A stretch of DNA of 64,000 nucleotides from an uncultured Desulfovibrionaceae bacterium (GTDB lineage Bacteria > Desulfobacterota > Desulfovibrionia > Desulfovibrionales > Desulfovibrionaceae). Below are positions 56,480-64,000 of the stretch, in pieces. The notes below the pieces were generated by a model, which searched no databases, was not told where the DNA came from, and worked only from the letters and a program-made list of their open reading frames with translations. Position 1 is the first letter of the stretch. Each line of letters starts with the position of its first letter. Location of the stretch: contig CALGYO010000049.1 of assembly GCA_937934715.1 (NCBI GenBank), positions 19,257-83,256 on the forward strand. Reading direction: 5' to 3'. Position numbers and translations under genes: made by a program.

Positions 56480-57637
56480 CTACAGGAACAGGGAGAAAAG
56501 CGCCCCGGCCGCCACCACCGGCGCCGGGCCCGCGTTCAAACGCAAAGCAATAAACGCGCCAAGGGCCAGAAGCCCGGTCCCAAGGTCCCAGGGGACGGAT
56601 TGGGCGAATACGCCGCCCGTGGCCGCCAGGAGTCCGGTCAGGGAGAAGAGGCTCCCCATGAGCGCCCGCCGGAAGAACAGCGACCGGGCCAGCCCGGAAA
56701 AATGCGGCGCGGTCAGGGCCATGAGGAAAAAGGAGGGCGTGAACGCGGCCAGGGTCCCCACGGCCGCGCCCGCTATCCGGTCCATGTGAAAGCCCACGAA
56801 GGCGGCCGTCATGACGATGGGGCCGGGGGTCAGCTGTCCCAGGGCCACCCCGTCCAGGAACATGCGCTCGCTCATGATCCCCCGGCTGGTCACCTCGCTC
56901 AGCATGAGCGGCAGGGACACGTAGCCCCCGCCGAAGGCGAACAGATCGACCTTGGCCATCATCACGGACAGGCCGAAAAGATCCGGCCGCGTCAAAAGGC
57001 AGACGAGTCCGCCGAGGATGGCCAGTCCGGCCGCCAGGCCAAGGCCCGCGTAGAGCCCGCGTCCGGCCTTCAGCGCCTTCCGGCCTTCGCCGCCGGAGGG
57101 CAGAGCCGGAACGTCCCGCAACAGGAGCGTGGCGGCCAGACAGACCCCGGCTACGGCATAGAGGGGATTGCCCCGGAAAAAGAAGAGGAGCGCGGCCGCA
57201 AGGGCCAGCAGGCGGTCCGTAAGGCCGCGCAGGTATTTTTGGGCAAAGGAAACGGCGGCCTCGGCCAGAAGGGCCGTGATCACGGCCGAAAGCCCGGTGA
57301 AGACCATCTTGACCCTGGTCAGGTCGCCGTAGGTGAAATAGGCGGCGGACAGGGCGGTCATGAGGACGAAGGCGGGAAGACCGAAGCCCAGGTAGGCCGC
57401 CGCGCCGCCGGTCACGCCCCGAAGGCGCAGGCCGCAATAGGCGGCCATCTGCATGGCCGTGGCCCCGGGGATGCACTGGGCGGCGGCCACGCCCAGGGAG
57501 AAGTCCTCGTCGGAAATCCAGCGTCTGTTTTCGACGAAGGCCTTGCGCATGTGCGGGATCATGGCCGGACCGCCGAAGGCGGTGGTCCCCAGGCGCAGGA
57601 AGATGAGGAAGATCGCATAAAGCGGCGGACCGGACAT
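56480..57637 (-). CDS. chrA: chromate transporter (ChrA family)
   Basis: Two CHR domains: FLRLGTTAFGGPAMIPHM and FAFGGGYVSLPLM. Confidence 0.85.
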   Translation of the reverse strand: MSGPPLYAIFLIFLRLGTTAFGGPAMIPHMRKAFVENRRWISDEDFSLGVAAAQCIPGATAMQMAAYCGLRLRGVTGGAAAYLGFGLPAFVLMTALSAAYFTYGDLTRVKMVFTGLSAVITALLAEAAVSFAQKYLRGLTDRLLALAAALLFFFRGNPLYAVAGVCLAATLLLRDVPALPSGGEGRKALKAGRGLYAGLGLAAGLAILGGLVCLLTRPDLFGLSVMMAKVDLFAFGGGYVSLPLMLSEVTSRGIMSERMFLDGVALGQLTPGPIVMTAAFVGFHMDRIAGAAVGTLAAFTPSFFLMALTAPHFSGLARSLFFRRALMGSLFSLTGLLAATGGVFAQSVPWDLGTGLLALGAFIALRLNAGPAPVVAAGALFSLFL

Positions 57638-57784
57638 ATCCTCCTCCTCGCTTCGCCAAAATCAGCTCGGGCCGTCGCGCCGGATGGTCGAGGCCGCGAG
57701 CGCTGGCATGATCCGGTAGGGGAGTCCAGAGGGCGCCAGTCCTCTGGCCGCCGGAGGCCTCTCCCCGTACGGCTTCGCCCTCCC

Positions 57785-58588
57785 CTAGAAGCGCTCGGGG
57801 CGCGCGGCGGCGAATTCCAGGACCCGCAGAAGATCGTCCGGGGTGTGGGGCTCGAAGGTGAAGGTCGGGGAAAGCCCGCGCTTGTCCAGTCCGGCGAACA
57901 GGGCGTCGAAGGGGATGGTTCCGGCCCCGGGGCCCTTGTGGTCGTCGAAGGAGCCGTCGTTGTCGTGCAGGTGCATATGCCCGAGAACCGGGGCGGCTGC
58001 CTCCAGCCATTCCTCAAGGTTCTCCCGTTTGGCGCCCTGGGCGAAGCTGTGCCAGTGGCCGATATCCAGACAAAAGCCCACGCTTTCGTCTCCGGGGTCG
58101 AGGAATTCCCGGATGGCCAGGGGAAGTCCGGCCACATGGGCCGGGTTGGTCTCGAAGACGTTTTCGAGAAAAAGGGGCGGATGGCCCGGCCAGCCGTCGA
58201 GCAGGCTCGCCCAGACTTCCGCGGCCCGTTCCACCCAGGCGTCGTAGGATTTGACGTAGAGGATCTGGTCGTAGGAAACGTGGCCGATCAGGTGGCGGGG
58301 CTTGTAGATCCGGGCGACCTCGAAGGCCAGGTTCAGGCGCTCGTAGGCGGCTTCCCTGGCCAGCGGATCGATGCTGCCGGGTTGCAGGTCGAAAAAGGGC
58401 AGGTGCAGGGCTCTGGGACGGTTCGCGGCGTCGAGCAGGGCGGCGTTGTTTTCGTGCCAGGAGACGTCCACGGTTTCCATGACCACGGCGTCGAGGCCGA
58501 GTTCCGGGCACAGGCCGCGCTCGATGAGACGGGGCAATCGGTCCTCGTCGTCCAGGGATAATCGCAACGGATAATTGACGAAATACAT
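57785..58588 (-). CDS. xylose-isomerase-like TIM-barrel (sugar phosphate isomerase/epimerase family) protein
   Basis: LENV, DIGHW, HLHDNDG metal-site pattern of the AP-endonuclease-2/TIM-barrel family. Confidence 0.7.
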   Translation of the reverse strand: MYFVNYPLRLSLDDEDRLPRLIERGLCPELGLDAVVMETVDVSWHENNAALLDAANRPRALHLPFFDLQPGSIDPLAREAAYERLNLAFEVARIYKPRHLIGHVSYDQILYVKSYDAWVERAAEVWASLLDGWPGHPPLFLENVFETNPAHVAGLPLAIREFLDPGDESVGFCLDIGHWHSFAQGAKRENLEEWLEAAAPVLGHMHLHDNDGSFDDHKGPGAGTIPFDALFAGLDKRGLSPTFTFEPHTPDDLLRVLEFAAARPERF

Positions 58589-58623
58589 GAAGGGTCTCCA
58601 CCGGGGGCGCGCCCCGGCCAGGA

Positions 58624-59400
58624 TCAGCTTTTGGAAAGGGGATAGACGTTGCTGAAAATGATCTTCCCGTCAGGGTCCTTGATGATCATTTTCACGCCGT
58701 AGACGTCGGCCGGCTCCACCTTGGGGGGCAGGGCGCCGGAGGCCGAGACTTGCTTGAAACGCTGGATCTGGAAATTGAGGTCCTCGCGTTTGGTCTTCAG
58801 GGGGATGAGGTCGCCGGCGTTGGTCAGAAGCTGGCATTCCGCGTCACCGGACAGGGCGGTCTGGGGGGACACGTTGGAGAGGTCGAAGGCGATGCGCACG
58901 TGCTTGTTGTCCAGGGTCGCCTTGAAATTGTCCACTCCGGCCAGGGTCAGGTCCACCTTGTCGAAGATGCCGCGCAGATCGACCTTGGGGCATTCCGGGG
59001 TTTCCTTGGGGGCTTCGGAGCCCGGAGCGACGGGCGCGGGAGGCGTTTCCGGCTCCGGCGGCTGGCATTCCAGCCGTTCGGCCGCGTCCGCGTTGTAGGA
59101 GCCCAGGAGGGTTTTCAGTTCGGTCTGATCGCCGCCCTTCAGGATGCCTTCCAGGGAGGCCAGCTTGACCAGCTGATCCTTGGAGGCCTCGGTCTCATCC
59201 CGCAGCAGGGCGTTTTCCGCCGTCCTGGCCGTGGATTCCTTCCAGTAGTAATAGGAGGCGTACCCGGCCAGTCCCGCCGCCGCGCAGAACAGGACGAACA
59301 GCCAGATCAGCGCGCGCAGGAAGCCGGGGCTGACCTTGAGCCGCCGGACGCCCGCGTCCTCGCGCATGATGAGGATGCTGATCTTGCCTTTGCCGGACAT
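58624..59400 (-). CDS. membrane-anchored hypothetical protein
   Basis: One N-terminal TM helix (ALIWLFVLFCAAAGLAGYA), Pro-rich linker, beta-rich C-terminus; ATG abuts the upstream stop. Confidence 0.6.
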   Translation of the reverse strand: MSGKGKISILIMREDAGVRRLKVSPGFLRALIWLFVLFCAAAGLAGYASYYYWKESTARTAENALLRDETEASKDQLVKLASLEGILKGGDQTELKTLLGSYNADAAERLECQPPEPETPPAPVAPGSEAPKETPECPKVDLRGIFDKVDLTLAGVDNFKATLDNKHVRIAFDLSNVSPQTALSGDAECQLLTNAGDLIPLKTKREDLNFQIQRFKQVSASGALPPKVEPADVYGVKMIIKDPDGKIIFSNVYPLSKS

Positions 59401-60792
59401 TTACAACCTGCTCCAGGATTCTTTGACGATGCGCCAGCCGCCCTGCTCCTGGGCCAGGACCAGCTCCTTGAGGCCCTTGTCCCCGTAGCCGCCCGCGCTT
59501 TCGTAGACCTGCACGAATTCCACCACGTACTTGCCGTCCCTGGGCCGCATGCGCACGTCCTTCAGCTTCACGCGCACAGGGGGGCGCTCGCTCCACAGGG
59601 TCTTCTTCTGGTCCCGGATGGAGTCCTTGCCCACCCGGTCGCCCTGGGCGGCGTCTTTCGCGTAGAAGGCCATGTAGTCGTCGATCCGCGCCTTTTCCCA
59701 GGCGGTCCGCCAGGCTTCCAGAAGGGCGGTTATGTCGGCGCTCTGCACGGAGGGCTCGCTCTTGCGCGCGGGTTCCTCCTCGCTGACGGCGTCGGGTTTG
59801 GGCGTGTTGGCCTCGGCTTCCTCGGAGGCGGCGGGTTTGGACGCATCGGCCAGCATGACCGCCTTGCCGCCGGGATATTTCGCCGCCAGGGTGGGCTCCG
59901 TCTGCTCGAATTCCATGCCCACGATCTTCCAGGCGCCCGCGTCGTCCTTCTGCCAGTACAGCCGCTTGACGCCCTGGGAGATGAGGGTGGGCGAGCGGTA
60001 GAACTGGGTGAAATAGGTCACCCAGTAGTCCGGGCCGGGGAGGGCCCGGACGTCTTCCAGGGCCACCACGATCCAGGGGAGCTGCTTGAAGAGCCGCTCC
60101 TTGTGCTGGCGGAAGGATTTGAAGGATTCGCCCTGGGCGATGGAGAACTTGGCCGGGTCGTGAAAATCGAAGAAGGCGCCGGATTTTTCCTGCCAGGCCT
60201 TGGCCCAGTCCCTGGTGGCGGCGATGACCTCGTCGGCCTCGGCGCTGGTCTGGTTGGCGGCGTCGGTCCAGGTGATGTCCCCGGCGATGATCACGGGCAT
60301 GCTCATCTCGATGTCCGAGGCCACGTCGTGGATGACCGGGTTGTTTAAGGCCACGCAGCCCTTGGTCTCGTAGGGCATGATGGGCGCGCCCCGGCCGTGG
60401 ATCCAGATGCCGTGGCCGGACTTGCCCTTGAGCTTGTCCACCGGGTTGGGGAAATTGAGCGGGAAGGCCAGGTCGCCGTACATGTCGAAATCAAGCCCGC
60501 TGTCGAGCTTGGAGGTGACGAAATAGACGCCCTCCGGGGTGCGCAGATCGCCTTCCTTGCTTTTGTCGCCAAGGACCTGGCCGGTGGCGCAGGGGGTCTT
60601 GTAGGCGACGCGCAGGGGGCTTTTCTGCTCGAGGATCATGAAGGTCTGGGCGCTTTTGTCCACGGCCAGGAAGCGCGAGGGGCCGGAGGCGTGGCTCGAC
60701 AGCGCGGCGAGCCATCCCTGGGACCGCGCAGGGAGGGGCAAAAGCGCGAGCGCGGCGAGCGCGATCAGGAAAACGCGGAGCGTTCCGGTCAC
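59401..60792 (-). CDS. L,D-transpeptidase (YkuD) with C-terminal SnoaL/DUF4440-like repeats
   Basis: Signal peptide; catalytic HGIWIHG...TKGCVAL; GTG start overlapping the pyrE stop (GTGA); the tracked 657-aa ORF is an upstream extension across pyrE. Confidence 0.75.
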   Translation of the reverse strand: MTGTLRVFLIALAALALLPLPARSQGWLAALSSHASGPSRFLAVDKSAQTFMILEQKSPLRVAYKTPCATGQVLGDKSKEGDLRTPEGVYFVTSKLDSGLDFDMYGDLAFPLNFPNPVDKLKGKSGHGIWIHGRGAPIMPYETKGCVALNNPVIHDVASDIEMSMPVIIAGDITWTDAANQTSAEADEVIAATRDWAKAWQEKSGAFFDFHDPAKFSIAQGESFKSFRQHKERLFKQLPWIVVALEDVRALPGPDYWVTYFTQFYRSPTLISQGVKRLYWQKDDAGAWKIVGMEFEQTEPTLAAKYPGGKAVMLADASKPAASEEAEANTPKPDAVSEEEPARKSEPSVQSADITALLEAWRTAWEKARIDDYMAFYAKDAAQGDRVGKDSIRDQKKTLWSERPPVRVKLKDVRMRPRDGKYVVEFVQVYESAGGYGDKGLKELVLAQEQGGWRIVKESWSRL

Positions 60793-61346
60793 GCTTTGTC
60801 CTCCCGGCCCAGGGCCACCAGTTCCTTGCGGGTGAAGATGGCGCGCAGGGGAAAGCCGAGTTTCCGGAGGTTGTCCGCGCCGCCCTCTTCGCGGTCCAGG
60901 ACGCAGTAGACGCCCGCCACGACCAGTCCGGCGTCCTGGACGCGTTCGATGGTCTTGGCCAGGGTGCCGCCGGTGGTGACCACGTCCTCGAGCAGGGCCA
61001 CCTTGTCGCCCTTGGCGAAATTGGCCATGCCTTCGAGATACTGGTTGGTGCCGTGGCCCTTGGACTGCTTGCGCACGATGAAGCCGGGCAGGGGGCGTTT
61101 TTTGATGTGGGAGACCACGGTGACGGCCGAGACCAGGGGGTCGGCGCCCAGGGTCATGCCGCCCACGCCCGCGATGTCGCCGGGCAGCATATCGAGGAAC
61201 AGTTCCCCGATGAGATAGGCGCCTTCGGGGCAAAGCGCCGTCTGCTTGCAGTCGAAATAATAATCGCTTTTCCTGCCGGAAGTGAGCGTCACTTCCCCCT
61301 CGATGTAGGATTTCTCCAAAAGCAGTCTGGCAAGTCGTCGCTTCAT
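60789..61346 (-). CDS. pyrE: orotate phosphoribosyltransferase
   Basis: PRPP-binding motif VALLEDVVTTGGT; TLTSGRKSDYYFD N-terminal block. Confidence 0.9.
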   Translation of the reverse strand: MKRRLARLLLEKSYIEGEVTLTSGRKSDYYFDCKQTALCPEGAYLIGELFLDMLPGDIAGVGGMTLGADPLVSAVTVVSHIKKRPLPGFIVRKQSKGHGTNQYLEGMANFAKGDKVALLEDVVTTGGTLAKTIERVQDAGLVVAGVYCVLDREEGGADNLRKLGFPLRAIFTRKELVALGREDKA

Positions 61347-61501
61347 ATGGGCTTCCGGCCGGAACAGCGTCCACGCTCTTCCGGGTACGCCGCGTACGCG
61401 GTCCTTTTGGCGATTTTCTTACAAAACTCCGGGCGCCTTGAAAAGAGGTTTCGCCGGTTGGCAGGGCAATTCCTTCATGTTTTCGCGGGGCGCCGCGAAA
61501 A

Positions 61502-62794
61502 TCAGCCGAACACCCGGGACATGATCAGGTCCTCGTGCCGGATGTAATATCCGGGGTCGAAAATGGCGTCCAGCGCGGCCTTGTCTAGCTTGGCGGCGAT
61601 ATCCGCGTCCGCGCGCACGGCGCCGGGAAAGGAGGTCTTCTCTTCCCAGCAGCGCATGGCGACCTTTTGAACCATGACATAGGCGTTCTGGCGGTCCAGG
61701 CCCGCCTCGATCAGCCCGAGCAGCACGCGCTGGGAGAAGAACAGACCGTAGGATCCCATGAGGTTCCGGGCCATGTTGTCCTTGTTGATGACCAGCCGCG
61801 AAAGCAGGCCGGTCAGGCGGCTTAAGACGTAGTCGGCCAGGATGGTGGAATCGGGCATGATGACCCGCTCCACCGAGGAGTGGGAAATGTCGCGCTCGTG
61901 CCAAAGGGCCATGTTTTCCATGGAGGCCAGGGCGTTGGTCCGGATGAGCCGGGACAGGCCGGTCAGGTTCTCGGCGGAGATGGGATTCTTCTTGTGGGGC
62001 ATGGCCGAGGAGCCCTTTTGCCCCTTGCCGAAGCCTTCCTCCACCTCCAGGACCTCGGTGCGCTGCAAATGGCGCAGCTCCACGCACAGCCGTTCCACTC
62101 CGCCCGCCAGCAGAGCCAGGGAGGTGAAGAAGGCCGCGTGGCGGTCGCGCTGCACGATCTGGGTGGAAAAGGGGTCCGGGGTCAGGTCCAGAATCTCGCA
62201 GGCGATGCGCTCCACATCGGGATCGAGATGAGCGTAGCCGCCCACGGCGCCGGAAATCTTGCCCACGCGCACGCCTTCCCAGGCGGCGGCCACGCGCTCC
62301 CGGTGCCGGGCGAATTCGGCGTAGAACCCGGTGAGCTTCAGCCCGAAGCTGGTGGGCTCGGCGTGGATCCCGTGGGTGCGGCCGATGACCAGCAGGCCCT
62401 TGTGGCGCAGGGCCATCTCCTTGAGGACCCCGAGCAGGCGGTCCACGCCGTCCAGGATCATCTTGCCCGCGCGCGAAAGAAGCACGCCGTTGGCCGTGTC
62501 CACGATGTCCGAGGAGGTGCAGCCGAGATGGATGAACCGGGCGGACGGGCCGACCTTTTCCTCCACGGCCGTCAGGAAGGCGATCACGTCGTGGCGGGTG
62601 GTTTCCTCGATCTCAAGGATGCGGGGCAGCTCGAAATCGGCCTTTTCCCGGATGACGCGCATGTCCTCTTCCGGAATGGCGCCGAGCCTGGTCCAGGCCT
62701 CGCAAACCGCCAGCTCCACCTCAAGCCATACCCTGAACTTGTTCTCCAGGGTCCACAGCGCGCCCATTTCCGGGCGCGTATAGCGTTCTATCAT
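61502..62794 (-). CDS. purB: adenylosuccinate lyase
   Basis: [11 protein letters not shown]-terminus and fumarate-lyase signature [11 protein letters not shown]. Confidence 0.9.
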   Translation of the reverse strand: MIERYTRPEMGALWTLENKFRVWLEVELAVCEAWTRLGAIPEEDMRVIREKADFELPRILEIEETTRHDVIAFLTAVEEKVGPSARFIHLGCTSSDIVDTANGVLLSRAGKMILDGVDRLLGVLKEMALRHKGLLVIGRTHGIHAEPTSFGLKLTGFYAEFARHRERVAAAWEGVRVGKISGAVGGYAHLDPDVERIACEILDLTPDPFSTQIVQRDRHAAFFTSLALLAGGVERLCVELRHLQRTEVLEVEEGFGKGQKGSSAMPHKKNPISAENLTGLSRLIRTNALASMENMALWHERDISHSSVERVIMPDSTILADYVLSRLTGLLSRLVINKDNMARNLMGSYGLFFSQRVLLGLIEAGLDRQNAYVMVQKVAMRCWEEKTSFPGAVRADADIAAKLDKAALDAIFDPGYYIRHEDLIMSRVFG

Positions 62795-62923
62795 GGGAGT
62801 CCCAGGCGGCGGAGCCTGTTTCCGGCTCGCGTCCGTCAACGCGCGGGGCGACGCGTTTTCCGGGAAATGCCTCCCCTTTCGCGGGGCGTTCCCGATGTCG
62901 CTCGTCTGGCGCGGGGACGGACG

Positions 62924-63304
62924 CTAGGAGGCGCTCTTGGCCGCGTTTTTTTTCTTCGCGTCCGCCGGGCCCGAGGGCTTGGTAGCGGTCGCGTTTGTGG
63001 AAGGCGTGGCCGGTTCGGCGGGCGCGGCGATTCGGACCGCGCCGTCCGGGACCGTTTCCGGCTCCGGCGTGGCGCTCACGCCCTTGATCTTGGGACGGCC
63101 GCCCCGCTGGATGAATTCCGGTCTGCGGTCCTTGTAGGTGGTCGCGTACCAGCCTCCGCCCTTCAAGATGAAGGCGGAGTTGGAAATGATGCGCCCGGAG
63201 GGTTCGCCGCAGACCGGGCAGGGCGCGACGTCGTCGTCAACGCTCTTGCGCAGTTCCTCGAACGTCTCCCGGCATTTCGGACAGTGATACTCGTAGATCG
63301 GCAT
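62924..63304 (-). CDS. FmdB-family zinc-ribbon protein
   Basis: MPIYEYHCPKCRETFE...CPVCG. Confidence 0.8.
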   Translation of the reverse strand: MPIYEYHCPKCRETFEELRKSVDDDVAPCPVCGEPSGRIISNSAFILKGGGWYATTYKDRRPEFIQRGGRPKIKGVSATPEPETVPDGAVRIAAPAEPATPSTNATATKPSGPADAKKKNAAKSAS

Positions 63305-63439
63305 GCGTTCCCCGCTTGAAGGCCGGGCTTGCGCGAATCGGGCTTGCGCCGCGTTTTTTCGAGACCCCGCGGCGTCTCGATGTAATGAAACGGCGCGCTA
63401 TCCTCGAAATGCCTGAAGGCGCATCCCGAGGACCCCGCG

Positions 63440-63553
63440 CTAGGCCTTCTTGGCGGCCTTGGCTTCCCTGACGCGCTCTTTGAGCCGCTGCTCACGGCGA
63501 TGACGGCGCCTGTCCAGTTCCTTTTTCCGTTCATGCTTTTTATGACGAGCCAT
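63440..63553 (-). CDS. very basic 37-aa small ORF (below the ORF-track cutoff)
   Basis: ATG preceded by GGAGGAA at optimal spacing; encodes MARHKKHERKKELDRRRHRREQRLKERVREAKAAKKA. Confidence 0.4.
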   Translation of the reverse strand: MARHKKHERKKELDRRRHRREQRLKERVREAKAAKKA

Positions 63554-63715
63554 GGTGGTTCCTCCTTGCTGATGCGATTGGACCTTGCCCCATACCCCAC
63601 AACAGGCTGGCTGTCCATAGAAGCCTGCCGCGAATCCTGGATTTTCGCTTCGGCGCGGGCGCGAAAGCCTTCCCTCCGTTTCTCCTTCGACCCGCGGACG
63701 TTCCGGACGATACGA

Positions 63716-64000
63716 CTACAGTACGGCGGCCAGACAGGCGGCCAGCTCGCCGTAGACGATGCAGGCTCCGAGAAAATCGCCGTTGAGCCCTTCGTTCTTC
63801 CGGGCCAGTCCCAACAGGGCCAAAAGTCCGGGCGCGGCGCACAGGGCCGACAGGAAAACAACGCTGGAGCCCGCGAGCGCAAGACCCAGGGCGATGGTCA
63901 GGACCATGGCGATCGCCAGCGCCCCTCCGGTCGCCCCGGGCAGGAACATGGCGCCCATGCCCGGCCGCAGATAGGCCTTTCCCAGGCGCATGAGCAAGAC
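63716..64000 (-). CDS. cobS: adenosylcobinamide-GDP ribazoletransferase (CobS), 3' part; 5' end outside window
   Basis: Hydrophobic C-terminus with GLNGDFLGACIVYGE resembling the CobS GxxGDxLGA motif. Confidence 0.5.
   Translation of the reverse strand, partial: VLLMRLGKAYLRPGMGAMFLPGATGGALAIAMVLTIALGLALAGSSVVFLSALCAAPGLLALLGLARKNEGLNGDFLGACIVYGELAACLAAVL

Noticed and set aside
55959-58561. Very long overlapping ORFs (683 aa on the minus strand, 775 aa on the plus strand) across fliJ, chrA and the TIM-barrel gene
   Set aside because: Arg/Gly/Pro-rich translations in alternative frames of well-supported genes; classic high-GC artefacts.

Overview
High-GC, Desulfovibrio-like (Desulfovibrionaceae-type) chromosomal window. 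The left part (1-30.4 kb) is mostly core metabolism. It holds a GntR-linked amino-acid ABC transporter / HutI-like amidohydrolase / AroM operon, a secreted GH18, an extradiol dioxygenase and a large secreted HExxH protein. It then carries the ethanol-oxidation module known from D. vulgaris: Fe-ADH, PAS histidine kinase, sigma-54 NtrC-type regulator, second Fe-ADH, hdrCBA-flxDCBA. This is followed by an orphan TrfA-like gene and the molybdenum aldehyde oxidoreductase mop with a molybdopterin-binding partner. The middle (30.6-52.6 kb) is accessory DNA: a Cache-GGDEF cyclase, a decayed IS630 element and an AT-rich cyclase-family gene. Three direct copies of the 3' half of tRNA-Ala(GGC) delimit two units there. 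Unit (i) is a 3.1-kb integrase-less islet with a deoxyhypusine-synthase-like gene, an RsbW-like kinase/GNAT fusion and a STAS-like protein. Unit (ii) is a 13.8-kb integrase-bearing element with excision, replication (primase-helicase plus iteron origin) and a complete head/packaging module but no tail or lysis genes. I read unit (ii) as a candidate capsid-forming phage satellite (cf-PICI-like). The right end (52.6-64 kb) holds the intact tRNA-Ala, a twice-frameshifted gene, truA, motE-like/fliJ, chrA, an L,D-transpeptidase, pyrE, purB, a zinc-ribbon gene and the 3' end of cobS. Other signals are an orphan 28/33-bp CRISPR-like mini-array, a duplicated fragment of the response-regulator gene, sigma-54 promoters with upstream palindromes, and a 9-bp tandem repeat. 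Many long antisense ORFs in the track are GC-driven shadow ORFs and were not called. All functional calls rest on motif recognition by eye; no database search was possible.
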